A stretch of 64,000 nucleotides of DNA from Lachnospiraceae bacterium (GTDB lineage: Bacteria; Bacillota; Clostridia; Lachnospirales; Lachnospiraceae), in the NCBI GenBank assembly GCA_017449075.1, contig JAFSKG010000044.1, positions 4,339 to 68,338 on the forward strand, given 5' to 3'. The translations under genes were made by a program, and so were the position numbers. The notes below the pieces were generated by a model, which was not told the origin of the DNA, ran no database searches, and saw only the letters and a list, made by a program, of their open reading frames with translations. Of the stretch, positions 1-9,017 are shown in pieces (positions within the stretch are counted from its first letter, which is position 1; the number at the start of each line of letters is the position of its first letter).

Positions 1-837
1 AATACCATATACTGCATATCCATACTCATTAAATAAGTATGTCTTATCTCCAAGTCTAACTTTCTGATATTTTCCAACAGGCGCTGTTCTTGGTTGACCT
101 TGTCCATTGAAATAGAAAAATCTAACCTCCATGCTTGGGAGTATCTCTGTAGGCGGCTCTACAGAATACCAAGTATCAGTTACCGCCTCACCGAATTTAA
201 ACTCATCAGTAGTCTCTTCTACAAAATACATCCATCCCTTCATAGCTGGTTCAGTCTCTCTTATAAGTCTCCAACCAGTTCTCATGATGCCATTTTGATC
301 AAAGCAATATCTCCTATTTCCTATCATTTTACTAATGTAAGGATCATTTTCTGAATACACTCTTTTACAAGTATTTGTATCAAAGTAAAACCAAGCAGTC
401 TTTTCTTTTTCATTTTCAGTTGCCCAATCTCTTGGCACTTCTAATTCTTGGAATCCATTGATTAAAAATCCATCTTCTAAATCACCATAATATTCTTGGT
501 TATCTCCACACCAACCTTTTTGTAATCTTCCCATCGCATCAAGGTAATATTTATAACCATCTATGTCAAAAACTCCATCTCTCTTAAAGACTCCATCATT
601 CCCAGCATAATACATCTCTCCGTCTTTATCAATCCAAGAATTGAAAACAGCATAGCCTTCATCATTTACATAATACATTTTTCTGTCAACTTCAATTATC
701 TGGTCGCGAGCAACTGAACCGTCATCTTCAAAATAACGGTAATACTCACCTGTTTTCTCAAATCTTCCTGCAAAACATAAATTTGTCAAAGCCAATATAA
801 AGCAAAAATTAAAAGCTAGAAAAAACAATTTTTTCAT
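1..837 (-). CDS. Secreted protein with cell-wall-binding (choline-binding-like, CW_binding_1-type) repeats. The C-terminus is cut off by the window edge.
   Basis: My own translation of the minus strand from ATG (835-837) runs open to position 1 (279 codons). It starts MKKLFFLAFNFCFILALTNLCFA (signal peptide). It contains repeated aromatic/Gly motifs (YYVNDEGYAVFNSWI, GEMYYAGNDG, YKYYLDAMGRLQKGW, RYCFDQNGIMRTGW). RBS GGAGAA lies at 841-850 (rc). It is not in the ORF track because no stop codon falls inside the window. Confidence 0.75.
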   Translation of the reverse strand, partial: MKKLFFLAFNFCFILALTNLCFAGRFEKTGEYYRYFEDDGSVARDQIIEVDRKMYYVNDEGYAVFNSWIDKDGEMYYAGNDGVFKRDGVFDIDGYKYYLDAMGRLQKGWCGDNQEYYGDLEDGFLINGFQELEVPRDWATENEKEKTAWFYFDTNTCKRVYSENDPYISKMIGNRRYCFDQNGIMRTGWRLIRETEPAMKGWMYFVEETTDEFKFGEAVTDTWYSVEPPTEILPSMEVRFFYFNGQGQPRTAPVGKYQKVRLGDKTYLFNEYGYAVYGI

Positions 838-920
838 ATTTTCTCCTAAAATTTACCCACAAAAAAGGTAGACTTTTAAGTCTCCCCTCCACGACAATAT
901 TTTATCAATAAATGAGTAAA

Positions 921-964
921 AAGTAAAGAAAAAGGGGCCCTCAAAAAACTAATTTTTGGGCCCC
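921..964 (-). terminator. Rho-independent terminator downstream of the methyltransferase gene
   Basis: GGGGCCC (934-940) pairs with GGGCCCC (958-964), extended by an inner A5/T5 pairing. On the minus strand it is followed by TTTTTCTTTACTTTTT. Confidence 0.75.
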
Positions 965-987
965 AAATTTACAATTTTTAATACATA

Positions 988-1872
988 TTAACTTGCAAAA
1001 ATCGTAGTTGCACCTTCTGGAAGTATCAATCCTGTTGATGAAACCTTTAAGCCTATCTCATATGAATCTGTGCTACCTTTTATATCATTTGATGCAGCTG
1101 ACTTATTTACTATATAATCCATCACACTCGCCTGTAATCCTGTGGTATAAGAATTTAGTATCAAAAATGAATTTTTCTTTGCAAGCAGTTTCATCGTTAG
1201 TTTTACAAAATCATATATAGAATCTTCAAGCTTCCACACTTCTCCGCTTGGTCCTCTTCCATAAGATGGTGGGTCCATAATTATACCATCATATACATTT
1301 CCACGTCTTATTTCTCTCTCTACAAACTTTTTACAGTCATCAACTATCCATCTAATTTTGTCATTTGCTATCTTGCTTGACTCTGCATTTTCTTTTGCCC
1401 AGGTAAGCATTCCCTTTGCAGCATCTACATGAGTCACTTTTGCCCCAGCTATGCTAGAAGCCATAGTTGCGCCTCCCGTATATGCAAATAAATTTAGCAC
1501 CTTTAGTTCTTTGCCGCTGTCGCTTGCCTTCTTACAAAAATCATATATAAATTTCCAATTTACAGCCTGCTCTGGGAATATACCAGTATGTTTAAATGTA
1601 AATGGTTTAAGATTAAAAACCATCTTTACATTTTTAGAAACTTCATACTCAATCTTCCAAGTCTTAGGAAGATCTATAAATTCCCAAGAGCCTCCACCTC
1701 TACTACTTCTATGATATATAGCATTAACTTTATATTTTTTAAAGTTTTCAGGATGCCATATAGCCTGTGGGTCTGGACGCCTTAAGATATATTCTCCAAA
1801 TCTCTCTATCTTTTCATTGTCGCCGCAGTCAAGCACCTCATAGTCTGTGAAATTTTTTACATATTTAATCAT
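988..1872 (-). CDS. Class I SAM-dependent methyltransferase (RlmI/RlmK-like, Methyltrans_SAM type)
   Basis: 294 aa. Has a SAM-binding motif VLNLFAYTGGAT and a DPPSYGRGP motif typical of RlmI-type rRNA methyltransferases. It overlaps the upstream gene by 4 nt. Confidence 0.75.
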   Translation of the reverse strand: MIKYVKNFTDYEVLDCGDNEKIERFGEYILRRPDPQAIWHPENFKKYKVNAIYHRSSRGGGSWEFIDLPKTWKIEYEVSKNVKMVFNLKPFTFKHTGIFPEQAVNWKFIYDFCKKASDSGKELKVLNLFAYTGGATMASSIAGAKVTHVDAAKGMLTWAKENAESSKIANDKIRWIVDDCKKFVEREIRRGNVYDGIIMDPPSYGRGPSGEVWKLEDSIYDFVKLTMKLLAKKNSFLILNSYTTGLQASVMDYIVNKSAASNDIKGSTDSYEIGLKVSSTGLILPEGATTIFAS

Positions 1873-2930
1873 CTTCTATTTCCCACCAATACATTATACT
1901 GCTTACTAAATTTCTCCATCATAAATCTTGATAAATGATAATTTATTATTACGCAAACTACAGGTGATAGTATAAACACTATGCACTCGATAATTGTATA
2001 TAAGTCTATACCATTCACAATTATTCCAACAGGAACAAACTTATACATAAGGAATTTCATCATGATTATCATCGCCTTAACTATCATATAGTGTATGGCA
2101 TATAAGAAAAATGTTTGAGACATAAACTTTGGAACGCTGTCATAACTAAATATCATATCGAAAAAATAGAATAAAAACACAGCACCAAAAAGTCTCACTA
2201 TAACTATAGTAGAGATAAATGGATTAAGGTATTTTGGATTTAATGTGAGTAAATGGTAGATGTATCTATTAAATACAAATGTAAATACAAATATCAGCAG
2301 GCAAATCAATATATTTTTTTTGCTAATAAAATTTATCCTTCCACTATTATATAAGTAAGCCAAAAAATATCCACACACATAATATACAAATGCATCCTCA
2401 TTTAGATAAGGTATATCTATCCCCGTCGCGATAGCTAACTCTGCAGCTACCACTACTACGATAGTAACTAACCATTTCACAGTTTGTTTATTCTTCCAAC
2501 TCATATTAAATAGATAATACAAAATTGGCGATATAATAGACAAAAGTATAAGCTGATACATAAACCAAAAAGAAGGATTATATTTATAAGTAAATGCAGC
2601 ATCTATTATCTCTCCCATACTAATTCCATTCCCTGGCTTAAGAAGTAGATGAATGGCATAGTAAATCAAATTCCAAAGTAAATATGGTATGAGTAAGGTG
2701 TAAACCCTTCTCTTAAGTTTTGCTACAGCATCATTTACATATTTCAAGTTTCTAAAAAAAAGAAAACCACTAATAATAAAAAATAGCGGCACAGCAAACT
2801 GACCTATACCACTATCTATTGAAAAAAACTTTTCAAACCTTGTCTCATTATTAATAGAGTGTATTAGTATAACTAATACACTCATTATAAAATGCAAATA
2901 TGATATTTTATTCTTTTCCCTAGTGAGCAT
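1869..2930 (-). CDS. Acyltransferase family 3 integral membrane protein
   Basis: 353 aa with about 10 hydrophobic helices. The N-terminal region (ISYLHFIMSVLVILIHS ... GQFAVPLFFIISGFLF) is typical of the OatA/acyltransferase_3 family. Confidence 0.72.
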   Translation of the reverse strand: MLTREKNKISYLHFIMSVLVILIHSINNETRFEKFFSIDSGIGQFAVPLFFIISGFLFFRNLKYVNDAVAKLKRRVYTLLIPYLLWNLIYYAIHLLLKPGNGISMGEIIDAAFTYKYNPSFWFMYQLILLSIISPILYYLFNMSWKNKQTVKWLVTIVVVVAAELAIATGIDIPYLNEDAFVYYVCGYFLAYLYNSGRINFISKKNILICLLIFVFTFVFNRYIYHLLTLNPKYLNPFISTIVIVRLFGAVFLFYFFDMIFSYDSVPKFMSQTFFLYAIHYMIVKAMIIMMKFLMYKFVPVGIIVNGIDLYTIIECIVFILSPVVCVIINYHLSRFMMEKFSKQYNVLVGNRR

Positions 2931-4120
2931 TATTTATGCGAATTGCAATATTGCTTTACTCTTGTCTTTATCTTCTCATATGGATCAAGATACTGACTTA
3001 TAGAGCTGTCATGATTTATACTCTCTATAATTCTTGCCACATATTCAGTAATATCTACGCTTGTATACCATTTTTTATCACTTAATTCTGGCTTTTGATA
3101 TATGCAGTTTGTTGTAAATACCCCATCTATGATTCCCTCTTCATACGCCTTATCAAAGAACTCAAGTCCTTTGGTAAATAATCCAAATGTACAACAAGCG
3201 AATATTCTTTTTGCATTTCTCTCTTTGATGCTCCTTGCAGTTTCTATTAGAGAGTCTCCTGATGCTATCATATCGTCTATAACGATTATATCTTTTCCTT
3301 CTACATCAGCACCCATGTATTCATGTGCTACTATCGGATTTTTTCCGTCTACAACTCTACTATAATCTCTTCTCTTATAGAAAAATCCAAGGTCCACTCC
3401 GAGCACATTCGCAAAATAAATGTTTCTTTGCATAGCTCCTATATCTGGAGATATTATAGCCAAGTTTTCTTTGTTAATTTTTATATCGTCATATTTATTC
3501 AATATCGCATTTATAAATTGATAATAGCAACTAAGTGAGTCAAAACTTGAAAGTGGTATAGCATTCATAACTCTTGGGTCATGCGCATCTACTGTCAAAA
3601 TATTTGATACGCCAAGACTAGTAAGTTCTTGTAGCATCACAGCGCAGTCAAGTGATTCTCTCTTAGTTCTCTTATGCTGTCTTGATTCATATAGGAAAGG
3701 CATTATTACATTAATTCTTTTGGCCTTACCATTTGCCGCTGCTATTACTCTCTTTAAATCTTGGTAGTGATCATCTGGCGACATGTGATTTTCAAATCCA
3801 AACATATTATAAGTCTCAGAATAATTTACTACATCAACTATTATAAAAATGTCAGCGCCACGTATTGTACCATTTATAACACACTTTGCCTCACCAGAAC
3901 CAAATCTGTCTATCTCTGGTTCAAGTATATAAGAATCCTTTATAAAATCATCAGCAAATACATCATAAACTTTATTTTGCACCAATAACTTTCTCCACTC
4001 AAGTATGAAGTCATTTAGCTTTTGAGTGAATTTCATGGTTCCCTTAAGTGGCATCAAAAGTAAAGACCCTATAGGAAATTCTCCAAGGTATTTACTTTGA
4101 ATTTCATTAGATGTTGACAT
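2930..4120 (-). CDS. prs: Ribose-phosphate pyrophosphokinase family protein (long 396-aa form)
   Basis: Prs-type motifs are present: INVIMPFLYESRQHK, TVDAHDP, and the PRPP-binding loop IIVIDDMIASGDS. Strong SD (AAGGAGG) lies upstream of the ATG at 4120. It is about 80 aa longer than class I Prs. Confidence 0.75.
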   Translation of the reverse strand: MSTSNEIQSKYLGEFPIGSLLLMPLKGTMKFTQKLNDFILEWRKLLVQNKVYDVFADDFIKDSYILEPEIDRFGSGEAKCVINGTIRGADIFIIVDVVNYSETYNMFGFENHMSPDDHYQDLKRVIAAANGKAKRINVIMPFLYESRQHKRTKRESLDCAVMLQELTSLGVSNILTVDAHDPRVMNAIPLSSFDSLSCYYQFINAILNKYDDIKINKENLAIISPDIGAMQRNIYFANVLGVDLGFFYKRRDYSRVVDGKNPIVAHEYMGADVEGKDIIVIDDMIASGDSLIETARSIKERNAKRIFACCTFGLFTKGLEFFDKAYEEGIIDGVFTTNCIYQKPELSDKKWYTSVDITEYVARIIESINHDSSISQYLDPYEKIKTRVKQYCNSHK

Positions 4121-5057
4121 TTTTTAACCTCCTTAAATCATCGCCATACAAATACTCATTATCATAAGCATTTACCAATCTTGAATATGTTGAACTCAGA
4201 TAATTACTTTCTATCTGATCTGGCATAAGGTTAGTAGTAATTATTGTCGACTTCTTATCATTTAATCTTTTATCAATTATGTAATTAATTTCTGTATTCG
4301 TATAATCAGTAATTCTCTCAGTACCCAAGTCATCAAGTATAAATAAATCACATGCAACTGCGTAATACTTTAGTGGCTCGCCTTCATAATCTGGCTTTAG
4401 AGAATTAAGATATTCATTTACATTGACATATAACACTGACTTATTTTTCTTTAAGGCCTCAGCACCCATACATCTTGCGAGAAATGTTTTTCCAGTTCCA
4501 GTAGGTCCTATAAGCAAAAGGCTAAAAGGACTTTTACTCATTCCTTCAACTTCACTTTTAAACTTTTTGATTAGAGTTTCCATAAGTTGTTTATATGTAG
4601 TCCCGTTATACTCTAATCCACTTTGGTTATAAAAACTCATGTCAAGGTTGTCGAAATTATCATCTTTTATATAATTCTTAAAATGAGAAATATTGTCAAA
4701 TAATTCTATCTCTTTTTGCACAAAACAAGAGCACTTATGACCATCCACATATCCAGTATCCTTGCACTTATCGCATACATACTTGAGTTCCTTATAATCG
4801 TCAATAATATTGTGCTCTTTTAAATAAGTATTTCTTTCTAATTGTATATTTTCTAATTGTTTTTCAAGTTCATCAATTGGCTTATTTTCAATTCTTGCCA
4901 TTCCTATCTTGGTATAGAGCTTTATAATACTTAAGTCCAATTCTTTTAGCTTAGGGTTCTTTCCATAAATCTCATTTTTTTTATCTTCATACCTTAAGTA
5001 ATCACCCTGTCTAATATATTCATATTCTCTTTTTATGTCTTCATAACTCTTTATCAA
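4107..5057 (-). CDS. DnaC/DnaI-like helicase-loader AAA+ ATPase with an N-terminal Cys-rich zinc motif
   Basis: Walker A is GPTGTGKTF and Walker B is LFILDDLG. Zinc motif is CDKCKDTGYVDGHKCSC. TTG start with SD AGGGGA. Confidence 0.7.
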   Translation of the reverse strand: MIKSYEDIKREYEYIRQGDYLRYEDKKNEIYGKNPKLKELDLSIIKLYTKIGMARIENKPIDELEKQLENIQLERNTYLKEHNIIDDYKELKYVCDKCKDTGYVDGHKCSCFVQKEIELFDNISHFKNYIKDDNFDNLDMSFYNQSGLEYNGTTYKQLMETLIKKFKSEVEGMSKSPFSLLLIGPTGTGKTFLARCMGAEALKKNKSVLYVNVNEYLNSLKPDYEGEPLKYYAVACDLFILDDLGTERITDYTNTEINYIIDKRLNDKKSTIITTNLMPDQIESNYLSSTYSRLVNAYDNEYLYGDDLRRLKNVNI

Positions 5058-5070
5058 AATATTCCCCTAA

Positions 5071-5781
5071 CTATGAATTGGCTTTACTCTTGATAACTGA
5101 ATTCATAAACATTTTATTATACTCACTTCTATCAATTACATTTGCTTTCTTTTTTGACTTTGATTTACTATTCTTTTCAAATCCCTCAGTAAACTTCTTT
5201 GCATCATCTACAGTCTTTATTTTCTGCTCATACCATGACTCTGCAACTGCAGCCATATACTTTGCATTTCTCTGATCTTTGTTGGCGCAGTATTCTAAAA
5301 GATACTGTATAAGGCTTTCGTCAAAACCATATTCATTATAACATCTTGCTATAAGGACTTGCTGCCTCTCTGACATGGTCTGACCAAGTAATTTTTCTGC
5401 TTGGAAAAGCAAATCGCTCTCTATATCTTCATAATTCCTTTTGTTCTTATTTATCAGTTCATTTTTCTTTGTTTGAAAGTCTACAAGATTATCCACTTTT
5501 TCATTTTTAGATTTTTTCTCTTCTCTATCGTATATAAGGCAATCTTTTTTAATTAGTTTTTTTCTTATCCAATACTTAAGTCCTTTTTCAACTTCATCCT
5601 CAGTAAGAACCAATTCGTCCGAAGCTTCAGAAACAGTATATCCTTCCTTTATTCCTTTCCATAAATAAAATAAAAGAACTTTTACACACTCTGCTGGAGC
5701 ATCAGCTAAATATTTATCTAAAAACTCATTTGATATGATAGTTACATTACTGCCATATAAGCTTTCATATAGTTCTTCCAT
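5071..5781 (-). CDS. DnaD-domain (DnaB_2) replication initiation/restart protein
   Basis: The C-terminal DnaD-type region is ERQQVLIARCYNEYGFDESLIQYLLEYCA...AKYMAAVAESWYEQKI. I moved the start to M19 (MEELYESL), which sits behind SD GGGGGAGAA. The first 18 codons in the track look like read-in. Confidence 0.7.
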   Translation of the reverse strand: MEELYESLYGSNVTIISNEFLDKYLADAPAECVKVLLFYLWKGIKEGYTVSEASDELVLTEDEVEKGLKYWIRKKLIKKDCLIYDREEKKSKNEKVDNLVDFQTKKNELINKNKRNYEDIESDLLFQAEKLLGQTMSERQQVLIARCYNEYGFDESLIQYLLEYCANKDQRNAKYMAAVAESWYEQKIKTVDDAKKFTEGFEKNSKSKSKKKANVIDRSEYNKMFMNSVIKSKANS

Positions 5782-5959
5782 TCCCCATTCTCCCCCTTTA
5801 ACTTGCCAGCAGAATATAACATAAGTTTTAATCATTTGTAATAACTATATAAACAACTTTATAACAAAATATTTTTAAAATGTTTATTACTTTTTTTAAT
5901 TAAAAAATAAATAATTCATACATATTATTTTTATTATAGACGACTTGTCTAAAAATTTG

Positions 5960-7348
5960 CTATTCCCTTATTAAATCAATAATTCTGTAGACATCACCAG
6001 CGCCCATTGTAACTACAATATCGCCTGATGTTGCATTTTTTGAAACATATTCGGAAATCTCCTCAAATGTTTCAAAATATTCGCATAAATTATTTTTATT
6101 ATTTTTATCGGATTTAATTTTTTCGCTTATATCCCTAGAACTTACTATTCCTAAGTCTTTTTCTCTTGCAGGATATATTTTGGCAAGTATCACAATTGAT
6201 GTACTTCCCAAAACCCTCACAAAATCATCAAAAAGCGCCTTTGTTCTTGTAAATGTATGTGGCTGAAATATAAGATATAAATTTTTATATTTGATTTCTT
6301 TAAGAGCTTTTAGACTTGCCTCTATCTCTGTTGGATGATGAGCATAGTCATCTATATATGTTACTCCATTCACAACCTTTTTAACTTCAAGTCTTCTTCT
6401 CGCACCTTTAAAATCTTCCAAACTCTTTTTTATATCTTCAAAACTAATTCCAAAATCCATGAGCACTGCAAGTCCTGCAAGAAAATTAAGTGCATTATGT
6501 TTTCCAATAAGTCTTTGCCTCATCCTGCCTACAAACTTTTTATCATGATAGACATCGAAAGACTGATAATGTTTTTCATCATAACTTACATTATCAAAAT
6601 AATAATTTGCACTATCACTACTTCCATAAGTTACGACACTTATCTTCGCATCTTTAACCAATTCTTCGATATTTTCAATTCTATTATTGATAACTAAGAG
6701 ACCACCTTCTGGCAATAACTCTATAAACTTTTTAAATGACTTTCTTATATCATCTAAGTCTTTAAAAAAATCTAAATGGTCTTCTTCTATGTTTGTAACA
6801 ACTGCTACACTTGGGCAAAAATCTAAAAAACTATTTGTATACTCACAAGCTTCGGCTATAAATAAATCTTCCCCACCTATATAATAATTTCCACCTATCT
6901 CATCTACTATACCACCTACATTTATAGTTGGTTCAAAACCTTTATCAAGCATTACTTTTGATATTATAGAAGTAGTTGTCGTTTTGCCATGAGTTCCCGC
7001 CACACATATTCTTCTATTATAGTTTGCCATAATCTCGCCTAAAATACTTGACCTTGATACGAGCTTTATTCCAAATTCTTTCGCAGCGATTATTTCTTCA
7101 TTGTCATCGTGTATTGCCTTAGAATATACTACCATATCTAAATCCTTGGCAATATTCTCTCTTTTATGACCGATAAATACTTTTATTCCCTTTTCCCTCA
7201 GAGCCTTTACATTGTCACTTTCGCTCACATCAGAGCCTGTGATCGTAAATTCATTTTTTAATAAAATAAGCGCTATGGCACTCATAGATATGCCACCAAT
7301 ACCTATAAAATGAATTTTTAATTTTTTGTTCAAATCAAATATTTTCAT
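5960..7348 (-). CDS. murC: UDP-N-acetylmuramate--L-alanine ligase
   Basis: Motifs IHFIGIGGISMS and GTHGKTTTTS, with Mur ligase middle and C-terminal domains. The start is probably M11 (MKIFDLNKK) at 7348, immediately after the metI stop. Confidence 0.9.
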   Translation of the reverse strand: MKIFDLNKKLKIHFIGIGGISMSAIALILLKNEFTITGSDVSESDNVKALREKGIKVFIGHKRENIAKDLDMVVYSKAIHDDNEEIIAAKEFGIKLVSRSSILGEIMANYNRRICVAGTHGKTTTTSIISKVMLDKGFEPTINVGGIVDEIGGNYYIGGEDLFIAEACEYTNSFLDFCPSVAVVTNIEEDHLDFFKDLDDIRKSFKKFIELLPEGGLLVINNRIENIEELVKDAKISVVTYGSSDSANYYFDNVSYDEKHYQSFDVYHDKKFVGRMRQRLIGKHNALNFLAGLAVLMDFGISFEDIKKSLEDFKGARRRLEVKKVVNGVTYIDDYAHHPTEIEASLKALKEIKYKNLYLIFQPHTFTRTKALFDDFVRVLGSTSIVILAKIYPAREKDLGIVSSRDISEKIKSDKNNKNNLCEYFETFEEISEYVSKNATSGDIVVTMGAGDVYRIIDLIRE

Positions 7349-7349
7349 A

Positions 7350-8009
7350 TTATAATCTCTTATCACTCTTTCTAGCAATTCCCATAAATATTTCTTGCAA
7401 TATCTGGACTATTATTACTAGTAAAACAACTGTAATAAGCATTACGTCTTGATTATATCGATAGTAACCATATCTTATAGCTACATCGCCGAGTCCACCA
7501 CCACCTACTGCACCTGCCATCGCACTATAACCTAAAATTGTTGTTATTGATATGGCTGCTCCAATTAAGAGAGATGGCTTAGATTCAGAGAGAAGCACTT
7601 TTATTATAATCTGAAAATTTGTTGCTCCCATAGATTTTGCTGCCTCTATCACACCTAAATCAACTTCTTTAAGAGATGACTCCACCATTCTTGCTATGTA
7701 TGGGCTTGCAGAAATTACGAGTGGTGGTATGACTGCTTTAGCACCGATAGTTGAACCAACTATTGCCTTTGTCACAGGCAACACTAAAATTAAAAGTATT
7801 AAAAATGGTATAGACCTAAATATGTTTACTATAAGTGACAGTACATTATATATGCCTGCATTTGGTGTCAGACCATCTTTGGCAGTTGAATACAAAAGTA
7901 CTCCAAGTGGAATACCTATCAGATATGATATTAGAGATGACACAAAGGTCATAAAAAAAGTTTCAGCTATTGCTGTCGTATATAAAGATATATCTATTGC
8001 TATAAACAT
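7350..8009 (-). CDS. metI: Methionine ABC transporter permease
   Basis: MetI-type permease with five TM helices and an EAA-like loop (IEAAKSMGAT). The ATG at 8009 sits behind SD GGAGGTG and overlaps the metN stop (TAATG). The track start is an upstream TTG. Confidence 0.85.
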   Translation of the reverse strand: MFIAIDISLYTTAIAETFFMTFVSSLISYLIGIPLGVLLYSTAKDGLTPNAGIYNVLSLIVNIFRSIPFLILLILVLPVTKAIVGSTIGAKAVIPPLVISASPYIARMVESSLKEVDLGVIEAAKSMGATNFQIIIKVLLSESKPSLLIGAAISITTILGYSAMAGAVGGGGLGDVAIRYGYYRYNQDVMLITVVLLVIIVQILQEIFMGIARKSDKRL

Positions 8010-9016
8010 TATACCACCTCCCAATATGTCACTTCATTTTCATCTAAATACTCTTTTATTTGATACTGCACTTTTTTGTCATTTGGCATTTCTATTATTA
8101 GTTGCCCAACAACTTTTCCTTCTATAACTTTTGTATTTGCATACATTATACTTACCGGCATACCAATCTTAAGTATCATATTGGCGAGTATAGGCTTATC
8201 AGTGATGGAACCGTCAAATGCCAGTCTCAAATAAGTCTTATCATCTATTTTCACAAATTCTTCTTCTTTATTGACAGTCGCTCCAAATATAAGTTTCTTT
8301 CCTATACTTGACTTAGGTGCCTTAAATACTTCTTTCACATTCCCTATCTCTGCGACCCTACTATTTTCAAGAATTGCAACTCTATCGCAAATGCTCTCAA
8401 TTACTGACATCTGGTGAGTTATGATAACTACTGTAACACCTAATTCCTTGTTGATTTTTTTCAAAAGATCTAAAATTTGTTTTGTTGTTTTTGGATCAAG
8501 AGCGGATGTTGCTTCATCGCATAAAAGAACTTTTGGATTTGTCGCAAGAGCTCTCGCAATTGCTACTCTCTGTTTCTGTCCACCCGAAAGTTTACTTGGA
8601 TACTCTTTCTCCTTTTCACTCAAATCAACTAGTTTTAATAATTCTCTTGCTCTATCTATTGCTTTTGACTTTTCAACTCCAGATATTTCAAGTGGGAACA
8701 TTATATTTTTAATAACATTTACCTGTTCAAGCAAGTTAAAGTTTTGGAATATCATTCCAATCTCTTTTCTCACCTGTCTCAATTCATTTTCTTTAAGATC
8801 TCCAAGGTTCTTTCCCTCAAATATTACTTTACCTTCACTTGGCTTCTCAAGATAATTAATCATACGAACAAGTGTTGATTTTCCAGCACCAGAAAGACCA
8901 ATGATTCCAAAGATTTCACCTTTTTCAATATCGATATCAATGTCTTGTAATGCTGTAACTTCTACCGCTTGATTATTGAATATTTTTTTTAGATTTTTGA
9001 TTTCTATAATTGCCAT
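8009..9016 (-). CDS. metN: Methionine ABC transporter ATP-binding protein with a C-terminal NIL domain
   Basis: Walker A is GLSGAGKST, the signature is LSGGQKQRV, and Walker B is LLCDEATSALD. A NIL-type C-terminus is present. Confidence 0.9.
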   Translation of the reverse strand: MAIIEIKNLKKIFNNQAVEVTALQDIDIDIEKGEIFGIIGLSGAGKSTLVRMINYLEKPSEGKVIFEGKNLGDLKENELRQVRKEIGMIFQNFNLLEQVNVIKNIMFPLEISGVEKSKAIDRARELLKLVDLSEKEKEYPSKLSGGQKQRVAIARALATNPKVLLCDEATSALDPKTTKQILDLLKKINKELGVTVVIITHQMSVIESICDRVAILENSRVAEIGNVKEVFKAPKSSIGKKLIFGATVNKEEEFVKIDDKTYLRLAFDGSITDKPILANMILKIGMPVSIMYANTKVIEGKVVGQLIIEMPNDKKVQYQIKEYLDENEVTYWEVV

Positions 9017-9017
9017 A

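Noticed and set aside
94-354. The 86-aa plus-strand ORF at the window start.
   Set aside because: It is antisense to the open reading frame of the cell-wall-binding repeat protein, which has a signal peptide, an RBS and repeat motifs.
4107-5781. The DnaD-like/DnaC-like pair as a prophage or mobile-element remnant.
   Set aside because: There is no integrase, repressor, att-like repeat or other phage gene nearby. The pair is translationally embedded in an operon with prs and housekeeping-type genes, so it is more likely the chromosomal primosome pair.
9017-9017. An S-box/SAM riboswitch or T-box upstream of metN.
   Set aside because: Only 1 nt separates the prfC stop from the metN start, so there is no leader.
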